A DNA stretch of 64,000 bases from Harriotta raleighana (taxonomy: Eukaryota), in assembly GCA_050575255.1 (NCBI GenBank), contig JBNZDD010013686.1:3840801-3904800 (forward strand). Direction: 5' to 3'. A program made the translations under genes and the position numbers. Positions 41,294 through 50,380 of this stretch are shown here, one piece after another. The notes beneath the pieces are model-generated. The model was given only the letters and a program-made list of their open reading frames with translations, ran no database searches and was not told the DNA's origin. The number at the start of each line of letters is the position of its first letter. Positions within the stretch are counted from its first letter, which is position 1.

Positions 41294-41698
41294 CAGTAAA
41301 CCCCGTTTATCTGCCACGCTCGGGGGATTGTGGGGAGGGGGTCGACTAATTGACGGTGCAGGATAAACTGGGGACAAGTTGCCGAAAACCCAACATAAAA
41401 AAATTACTTATTTTAAAACATACCATGTTAATAATACACTACATAGCAACAGAATATTGTTCTGGATACTTACCAATAAAGCATTCCAGCACAGTCGGTA
41501 AAAAAAAATATCAATAAAACAGCATTTTTTACCGATTGGTAAAAAACCCAAGTGCATAAGTTTACTAAGTGCGCATGCGCACGCATTGCACGTATGCGCA
41601 AAGTGAGCAAATTCGCGATTCCTGGAATGGGGAATTGCCCCGGGAGGGGGGGTCGAGCAACCCGGTTGATCGGGTCTCGCATAAACGAGGTTTCACTG
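41294..41698 (-). mobile_element. MITE copy 3 (complete)
   Basis: TA|CAGTAAACCCCGTTTATCTG ... GCATAAACGAGGTTTCACTG|TA. Confidence 0.92.
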
Positions 41699-43245
41699 TA
41701 TGTATAAGCAATTGTGAAGCATGTGGGAGTTTGAATTTAGGTCAGGATCCACTGATTGACGTGTTGATGATCTCTTCAGGTTGTACTGCTTGCAATACAA
41801 GCAATATTAGTCTTGCAGCCCTCAAAGTGTAGGTTGTTGCAGAATGCAAATAGTGTTGTGTATTCCTGAATTCCGAGTCCTAAAGTCTATTTATTTGTAG
41901 CTACCTAACTGTTAATATATTCAATTGTAAATCAAGCATACAGTATTTTTACATTTTTGCTTTTGAAATATCATGTGCATTGTAAAAATGCTAATGTTTG
42001 CCACAAACCTCGGTTTAAAACAAGTACTTCAAAGTGTTCAAAGCAAGTAGATAAACTGTAAAGATAGTAGCACTTACCAATAAAGTGACAAGCTGATAAA
42101 TGCATTTCTGAAGTATTTCAACTACTTCACTTTGTAACACGCCTAATCTAATCATCAGGTACATTACTCACTAATTATTGCACTTCTTTATGTTCATTAT
42201 TCCTTAAATACAATTTCGCTTATTACAAATCTGTCTAATAGGTTATGGATACTGTAGTTTTCTGAGATTTTTGGAGTGTCTAGTTTTGTGCTCCTCTAAC
42301 CTCAACATTGTGTATAATATTCCTTTTTATGACATTCTATGCAAAGCTTTTATGATCCAATTAATAAGAATTCGGAGCAAAAGCCCTCAGATTTCTAATA
42401 TAAAAAGAAACCACTTTATCCCTGATTGCTTTTAGAGGTTGATTATGGTTAACATAGTATATAATTGTAAACATTACTACAACTAATATAATAAAGGGGC
42501 TAAATGATCAACCACAAGTTTAATTAGCTGGTGTTTCAAATTAATAATTGACATTTTAATGCCGATGGAGGGATTGCTGTATAGTATTTAATCCTCCTAG
42601 CAGTATGGTTCATTCCTCATTATATCTCACCATGTGAAGCATTCAGTAGATCTGTTTACAATACTGGAAAATTGGTTGGAGCTATTTGGTTATCTTCCAA
42701 CAGCAGTTGAGCTCTGCAGAGATTAAATGCTTCATTTTTATAACAGATATTAGTATTAGCTTTTTGTATTTGGTGGGTGGTGGGTAGGTGGGGGGAAAAA
42801 AAGCAGATGCCGGGTTTGATTTGCAACAGATAAGATCAATGCGTGCAATCTACTATTTAAATTGTCATCTTGAATTTGTTCACTAATTAACTGATACAAA
42901 ATGCAGCCGAAAGCTCATAACAAATCAATGCAGGCTGAATGAACAGAAGTATCTCTTGCTGAATGTCTCAGGAGAATTGTCAGTGCAGGTTGAAGCTTGC
43001 ACACTCCTTTCCATATTTTTTTCTTCAGGGTATTAATTGTCGCCTTCCCCCACTGCCCACTCTTCTTTCCACAAAATTAGTTGTTCAGTACATCGGGGGA
43101 CACGGGCGCTTTCAGTACTCCTCCTGACAGACGTAAATTTGATCCATCATCCTGGCGTGGCACTCTTTGTCAGCTCATAAAACTCTCAGCTAACTGACAT
43201 TCCACATTCATTTCTTTCAATTTCCTTTCCCCGTTGTACTTTCAG

Positions 43246-43366
43246 TCACTACGAACAGGATCGGAATGCACTGCGAAGGAAAGAATGGGAAAGAAGGAAC
43301 CAAGAAGTCAATCAAGATGAGGATCTGTTTGCTTCGAGTTTTAATCTTTTCAGTGAGCCCTACAAG
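43246..43366 (+). CDS. AFF2: AF4/FMR2 family member 2, coding exon 2 (N-terminal homology region)
   Basis: Polypyrimidine tract and ttcAG acceptor ending at 43245. One base (phase 2) then 40 codons [40 protein letters not shown], then donor AAG|GTAGCC. Matches recalled human AFF2 [41 protein letters not shown] and splices in frame to the exon at 45533. Confidence 0.95.
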
Positions 43367-43416
43367 GTAGCCTGGTCCAAATGCAATAAAATTCTTTTTG
43401 GATGGGAGGTGGTAGT

Positions 43417-43443
43417 GGGGGGGGGGGGGGGGGGGGGGGGGGG
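43417..43443 (+). repeat. Poly-G tract (27 G) ending at an N
   Basis: Seen directly, 50 nt downstream of the exon 2 donor. Length is unreliable because it abuts N43444. Confidence 0.7.
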
Positions 43444-43959
43444 NAGTTATTCAGCAATTTCCTAGCACTAGCAATATGGAGTGTTGTGTAATCACATGGA
43501 AACTGCAGAATTCAGGATTATCTACCAAGCTGGTTAATTGGTTCACATCAGTAATTACTCATAAAATTCAGGCAAATTCCTACAAATGCACCAGAATCGT
43601 TGGCTGTTTACATGCTGTGAAGCTTCCAACATATGGACAGCTTGTGTTTATAAAACCACTTTTAAATCTAACTACTATTTGACTACTAAGTAACAATGTC
43701 TCTCGTTGTTGATTGAACTATGAAACGCGAGTGGCTAAGAATCAAAGCCTCGTTGTATTCACTCTGGCCTGCACAATGGGCACAAAGTGGAAATATTGCA
43801 ACATGACTTGTGTGTAATTGAGATCAAAATAAATGGTGATATAGTGGACGCCCAGAGGTAAGTGGACAACTTCCCTTAATATTCTTGAGTCAAAACCAAT
43901 ATAGGAAAATTGTTCAGGAGAAATTCTTCTTGGGGCTAGATTTACTCTTATTGCATAAC

Positions 43960-44095
43960 ATTTCAGCTCCTTAGGACGTCCGCCCGATGTGTAAGGAGTT
44001 GTTCTAAAGCAGTAAGTGTCCAGCCCCTTGGAACGTCCTCCTGATGTGAAAGGCGCTATGCAAATGTAATTCTGTTGTAGTGGTTGTTGTTGTTT
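43960..44095 (+). mobile_element. Two tandem short L2 3' tails
   Basis: ccttaggacgtccgcccgatgtgtaagg and cccttggaacgtcctcctgatgtgaaaggcgctatgcaaatgtaatt...(gtt)n. Confidence 0.75.
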
Positions 44096-45532
44096 TAAAG
44101 CCTCCAGAATTTTTGCACATTTTTAAGTAGATCAATATCTTTGAAGCCAGGTTTTTATGTAAATTCTTTTAAGAACCACAGTGAATCCATTTTCAAATTG
44201 AAGTCTGATTTGCCACGCTTCTGAGTATTCTAAACTGCTTCATTTATCGAGTGAACCGAGACCCAGGTACAATTGATAGCCATCTAAGCATTAAGCAACA
44301 CCCTCTCTGCAATTGAGCCAAGGTTTGGGAGGGGCATTGCAGAAGGAAATGGAGAACAAATGATATGTAGGAAGCACTCATAGTGCAAAGGTACAGCACA
44401 AACTGCCTGTCAATGACTCTCATTGTCAACAAGCTTCAAAACACTGGGCCAAATAAATTGATCGTGGTTCCAAGATACTTTTCCATTGGTAAACCAATCC
44501 AATGCCAGCACTGGGAGTAACTTTTGTTTTTAATCATTGGTGCAAATCAGTCGATCCAGGGTGCAAGAGGCCGGGGTGGAGGAATAAGTATGCAATAAAC
44601 AGAAATTAAGCTTTTGTACAAAATTCCGTAGTTCAATTTATGAAGTGGAATTATTTTTTAGTCACTTAACAGATATTGACGAAAATGTGTGCAACTGTTG
44701 TAAACTCTGCCATTTACCTGCTAGCACGTGCTTAACTGCGAAAAGCATTGAGCATTTAAGTGTCCATCATTTCAAAGCCTAAATGAGCCTTTTATGAATC
44801 CATTGTTATCTCGTCACATTATTCATGGGTAAGGAGTTGTTCTCCTTGTAAATGGATAAATAGTGATGCTTAAGCATTTTGATAATATCCTGCTTTTTAT
44901 GCAACATTGAGATCTAATATGGGTTATGTTCAATTTAACAAAAAAAGCATGTTATTGATTGTAGATATCATATGTCTCGCAATTATAAATAGACATATAG
45001 TCTTTTATCGTGAGTTCCACATCCTATTTAATTTTATTTTTTTCTAATAATCGCAACTTATCTAAAATGTATTTGTTTAATTGGAGTAGTTAATTCTGCA
45101 ATATGTTAAAACATGGTTTTATAGATTACATTTCAGTTTCAACTAAGCAATAATACAGTTGAAACCAGTTTACATGCAAAGAATGTTTCACTAGCTGTTG
45201 TTTTCGGTTGCTTTTATATGGAAACTCAAATAAGAATGCAGTTACCCAGAGGGCTAAATGAATGACCTTCTAAAGGATTAGATTTGTATTCCTTGACTTT
45301 GCTCGTAATGTGGTAGAAAGGGGATGCCTCACACCAGATACTCTGTTTAATATGGGGATGAATTGCGTGCAAACTTAATTTTGAAGTATTGTAGCGCGCA
45401 AATATATTATGTTATTATGTGATAAACTGAGTGAGTTAAACAAGTAACTAAATATTCTTACAATTGAAATGATTTTTGATTGTCCCTTAAAATAATTATT
45501 GTTAGTTTTCTATGCCATCTAATTTCTTTCAG

Positions 45533-46462
45533 ACCAACAAGGGTGATGCTCTATCAAACCGTGTGCAGAGCACGTTAGGGAACTATGACGAAATGAAGGA
45601 TCTGCTAACAAACCGTTCGAACCAGAGTCATCTTGTGGGAATCCCCAAGTCCATGATTCCGCAGACGCCTGTTGAGAAAATGGAACAGAGTTTCTTTGCA
45701 GAACCAAGGACCAAAGTGGCTCAGTCCCACCAGAGTAACAGTCTTCCTTCAACGTGCATGCCTCCCCCTTCCTCTTCGTTGTCCTCAAGCTCTTCACTAT
45801 TACATGGACACCAGAGTAACAAGAAATCCAGACTGGAATGGTCTCGCAATGCTCATCCCTCTGGAGGTGGACATGGTGTACAGGCTAACAACCAACCCAA
45901 CAGTCAGCAGAGCAGGGTGAAGCATACAGCGACACTCGAGCAAGCTCAGGACAGATATAATGAACCATACTGTAGTCAGACTGAACTGCACAAAGGCGAT
46001 CACCAGCCTGACGTGGATGAATGTGTTAAATCCCAATCATCCAGTCCCAATGCTTCACGTTCCAAGCGACACAGTCACTCCAAGCCTGTCACTGGAGATC
46101 ATTCCTATAAAGACAGCTGCCATGTAAAATCTCCTATTGAAACCGATGCTACTACCACTCATGCTTGTGGATCTCCCGCCCCCTCCACGTCCCTGATACC
46201 GAGTGGCAGTACGCTTTCTGCTCAGAATTTTCCTCCAGCACTCCACTCTAAGTCAAGCATGGTACAGCAGAAGCCGACTGCATATGTGAGACCCATGGAT
46301 GGCCAAGATCAAGCCCCCTTTGAGTCACCTGAGCTCAAGCCGCTGATGGAAATTGAGGATGCCTTTAGCAGCCAATCCTTTGGAAGTCTGCTGGACGGAA
46401 AAGCTAGCACAGCAAGCAACAAGTGCAAATTGCCCAAACTGACAATTCCTCAGCCCGGGGAG
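45533..46462 (+). CDS. AFF2: AF4/FMR2 family member 2, large coding exon 3 (930 bp, phase 0/0)
   Basis: Acceptor tttctttcAG|ACC and donor GAG|GTAAGT. Encodes TNKGDALSNRVQSTLGNYDEMKDLLTNRSNQSHLVGIPK...QNFPP...QQKPTAYVRPMDGQDQAP...SFGSLLDGK...KLPKLTIPQPGE. NKKSRLEWSR and SFGSLLDGK resemble AFF2 rather than AFF1/3/4. Corresponds to ORF 45512..46501. Confidence 0.95.
46271..46312 (+). other. AFF2: SIAH-binding degron (KPTAYVRPMDGQDQ, PxAxVxP motif) of AFF proteins
   Basis: Direct translation. This motif is conserved across AFF1-4 and is mutated in CHOPS (AFF4) and KINSSHIP (AFF3) syndromes. Confidence 0.9.
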
Positions 46463-46555
46463 GTAAGTGGATACATCAACATGTTGAACACAATTAGCTG
46501 AACAGAGAACTTCAGTAGAAACCCACCATTATTTATACATACTACCATATGTTAT

Positions 46556-46589
46556 AATAAAGATCACTTAATGGCCCACATTTTTTTTT
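46556..46589 (+). terminator. Candidate intronic polyadenylation site after exon 3
   Basis: AATAAA 46556-46561, CA at 46577-46580, T9 at 46581-46589. Lies about 55 nt after the in-frame read-through stop TGA at 46499-46501. Confidence 0.4.
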
Positions 46590-48069
46590 ATCATGAGAAA
46601 GCTGGAAACAAACCTTGTTTGGTATCACTGGTTATGATCCTTCAGAAAGTGTTACAGTGAAGGATTACTACGTCAATTTGCATTTGCTCCTTATTGCATC
46701 CAAACCAGAATTGAATTATTACAGCTTGGCTCGGGCATATAATGTGATAATAATGCGCCTAGTTTGAGAATGCAGAGAAAAATAATTAATTTTACTAAAT
46801 CGTTTTCTTGCTTCTCAAAGTGAAATGTTAGCAGTAGGTCAAATTTGCAAACAATTTTGTTTTTATCAAATCAAGCTTTAAGAAACAAATGACCTTTTAA
46901 ATGAGTATTTAAAGAGTTGCAGATGACTCCATTGTAGCTGTTCCAAGTGTTATTGAATCAGACTCGCATTGGCAAACAAGAACGTTAAAAGTGCAAAGCA
47001 CAAAATGATAGATGGTGGAACAAACTAAGCAACTCCTCACGTTAAACTGTCAGCTGTTACAGTTTATTATAATGTCCCATCTTCTTGAAATTCAATTGTA
47101 TACAGCGAATCCCCATGTAAAGCCTTGTTGAGTGTCATGTTGCATCCTTATCAGCTTTGTAAACTAAAATGCCACTTGGGTAAAATTATGTGGCACAGCA
47201 ATATGAGCTCATAAAATGATCTCTTCATAGTCATGGATGACATTCCGAGGCTTGTTACAATTCATAAGCCAATCTCCCCGAAACATTTTGGTTGTGATTT
47301 TTGGATCACACGGTCTTTTTAATGTTACAAGCTATATTGATATTCAGTATATGGTGATTTGCATGTCCACCGGCATTTCGGTATAACTGGAGAAAAACCA
47401 CAGTGGTCTCTGAAGGAGCATGCCAGCCTCCACTATCTTTGTTCCAACCAAAAATAACAACCAATAACTTAGGAGCCAGAGGCAGATCGCTTCAACCTAG
47501 AGAATTGCACACTGGTTGCATAAATAATGACTTCGTACATTTGTTATGTTGTACAGAATATTCAGTGGAAGATATTTGACTTCTGGATCACCAACTGCAC
47601 TTTAAAAACCAAAACGTTTATTTAATCCAACTTCAAAAGTGAAGCTTTAAAAGCAGAACTATTTTTAGAGCATTGTAAACATCAATTCTTTACTCATTTA
47701 CATGCAAACAATGCAAATCTTGTGTCAAGAGACTTAAATGTTCATTGCTACAGACAGGAGGGTGGCTAAAAGCTGCCTGTAACCTTGCCAGAGAATCAGG
47801 GTTCCTCCCATTTCCAGGCGTGTCATCTGGGATTCAGGATATCCTTGTGAACTGATCACTTTATTGTTCTTAAAGTTCATACCACTAGATCATTAAATTA
47901 ACTGGGCTTTGTTCTTTTGAAAAAGGAAATGGCAGTACAGTAATATAATCATTTCAGAATGTTTAAACAATTTACCCAAGCAACATTTGGATAATTTTAG
48001 ATTTGGAAAGCAATGAGTCAAAAATATAATTCAAAGTCCAACAACAAAGGAATAGTTAACAAGTAGTAA

Positions 48070-48385
48070 TAAATTGTGTACTTGATAAAGCACCTTTTGA
48101 CATCAGGAGAATGTTTCAAGAAGCTTTACAGAATTTACTTAAAGTGTAGTGACTGTATTTTGTCGGCAGCCAATTTCCACAAAGCAATATCTCACAAACA
48201 GCCACAGAACTGATGATAACATTTTATCTGGGGTTTGTTAGCTGGGACGTCTCGGTTTAATAGCTCATCTGATGGAAGGCACCTCAAACAATGCAGCCTG
48301 GACTATGTGAGTCCAGACATGGGACTTGAGCCCACAATGTCCTCACTCAGAGGGGAGAATGATACTAACTGAGCCAGGCTGACGT
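48070..48385 (-). mobile_element. Old DeuSINE (SacSINE1-like), internally deleted
   Basis: Tail, ggcagccaatttccacaaagcaatatctcacaaacagc, ctcggtttaatagctcatctgatggaaggcacctc, and head gggacttgagcccacaatgtcctcactcagaggggagaatgatactaactgagcc. Confidence 0.7.
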
Positions 48386-49569
48386 TTGTAGGATGGAAAC
48401 CTTGGATATGTTCTGCCACCCATCTGTGTTGACTGTGCTTACTACTGTATTTAGCCCACTGGAAAGTACGTCTCTTTTAAGTGCAATACATTTCCATGAA
48501 GCACGCCACATTCCCATTGGGATTCTCTCTTGAGCAACTTGCTTCTCCTCAATTTATTATACTCAGCACCGAGAGAAGCGTTTGCTGATGTAGAGCAACC
48601 TCATAATGGGACTGTCCAGTCTGTTTCTCTCCCCATTCAAGGTCTTTTGGTACTTTTACTTGCTTGCCTACTCTTTAAAACAGTGTAACAATAGTTTTAT
48701 TGGCTACTGTGATCTCCAACCAGCTGTAAATTTCCAACCGTCAGTGAACTTTTACCTATCCTTACTTTTCCACAAAGCCTCTATCAACACTGTTTTCACA
48801 AAACAGAAGCATTTCTCTATGTCTCTGTGGTAGTTATTTAAACTAAAATGCAAGCCTGAGTGACTGTGTCTCCTCATGACCGGAGATGAGTTTGGCTGAC
48901 GCTCCCTTGTTGGGGGAAAGGGGGAGAGAGTTGAGTTGGCATTTCTATTTGTTTTTAAAAATACAGATTCATTGCTTTGCATTTGTTGTCAAATTTAAAC
49001 TGCATGGTGTAAAAACAAAAACAAAAAATCTGTGGAAGAGAAATGGAGGGCTAGGGAAATCGTGGAAGAAAGTTTATGAAGGAAATTCAACAATGTCAAC
49101 AAAAAAAGTCCAATTATGTTTCCAGAGCATTATCTATTAAATCCCTATTTTCTAATGTCTTACCCATGTCAGTTTAAAAAATACTTTTGGAATTGATTCT
49201 GCTAACATGTCCAATTGATCCTGCAGGACAAAGAATAAATAATAATAATTAACAATACATGTTCTTGTAATTGATATGATATCTTTCATGTCCTGGGCTT
49301 CTCAAAGCACTTCACGGGTTTTCATTGTGAATTGTAGTAATTGTGGACTTTGTATGTGCAAAATGACTAAAAGAATCTGGCATATGATAACACTGGTGAG
49401 TAAACAAATAATATTCACTGCAACCTCGTTTGTTCCCGACCAACACATTGCATATGATGAGGCGTACCTTTTGGTGTAAGTTGTTAAAAACTCACAGTAT
49501 CTGGAAATTGAGAATGGGTGTTTTGTGATCCAAATTCTGCTTGACTTTTTTTTGTGCAATAGTAATATA

Positions 49570-49964
49570 CAGTAAAACCTCGTTTATCCGTGACTCGATC
49601 AACCGTGACTCGATTCAATTGCTCGACCCCCTCCCGGGACAATTCCCCATTCCAGAATCGCGAGTTTGCTCACTTTGTGCATGCGTGCAATGCGTGCGCA
49701 TGCGCACTTAGTAAACTTCCGCACTTGGGTTTTTTACCGATCGGTAAAAAATACAGTTTTACCGATTTTTCCCCGACTCTGCTAGAATGCTTTGTTGGTA
49801 AGTATCCATACAATATTCTGGTACTACGTAGTGCAATATTAACATGGTATGTTTTAAAATAAGTAACATTTTTATGTCGGGTTTTCGGCGACTTCTCCCT
49901 CGTTTATCCGGCACCGTCAATTAGTCGACCCCCCCGAGTGTGCCGGATAAATAAGGTTTTGCTG
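49570..49964 (+). mobile_element. MITE copy 4 (complete)
   Basis: TA|CAGTAAAACCTCGTTTATCCG ... CGGATAAATAAGGTTTTGCTG|TA. Confidence 0.92.
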
Positions 49965-49980
49965 TAGTAATCCTTGCATT

Positions 49981-50288
49981 TGTGGAGTGCTGAGCTCAAT
50001 GGTTCGAGCACTCGTCTTACAAGCGAGAGACATGGGTTCAATTTCAGGTAGGCTGAAACCTTGGACAAGTTTCCTTACTCTACACCTAATAATAATGCCT
50101 AAAAAAAAAAGCAATAATAAATCAGTCATTTCAACCCACAACTGTTTATGGGACACTGCTGTGTGCAATTGGCTCTCGTGTTTCGCCCACATATATACAT
50201 TCAATTCACTTTTCAGTATATTCTGTGAAGCACTTTGAGACGTCTAGAAAACATGAAAAGCGCTACATCAAATGCTAGGATTATTATT
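49981..50288 (+). mobile_element. Full-length tRNA-derived SINE
   Basis: gagctcaatggttcgagcactcgtcttacaagcgagagacatgggttcaatt head followed by the standard body and tail. Confidence 0.9.
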
Positions 50289-50380
50289 TGACGTAGCGTC
50301 TTATCAGGTCTTTTAGACGTCTCGAAGTGCTTCACCAAATATACTGTAAAATGAATTGACTGTATAATTTGTGGGCAAAA
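50286..50380 (-). mobile_element. SINE tail fragment (host of the nested insertions)
   Basis: tttgacgtagcgtcttatcaggtcttttagacgtctcgaagtgcttcacc...gactgtataatttgtgggcaaaa. Its continuation is taatccttgcatttg at ~49968-49982. Confidence 0.75.

Noticed and set aside
45512-45532. ATG start of the 329-aa ORF as a standalone gene
   Set aside because: MPSNFFQ is the intronic polypyrimidine tract and acceptor. AFF homology starts at TNKGD (45533) and continues from the upstream exon.
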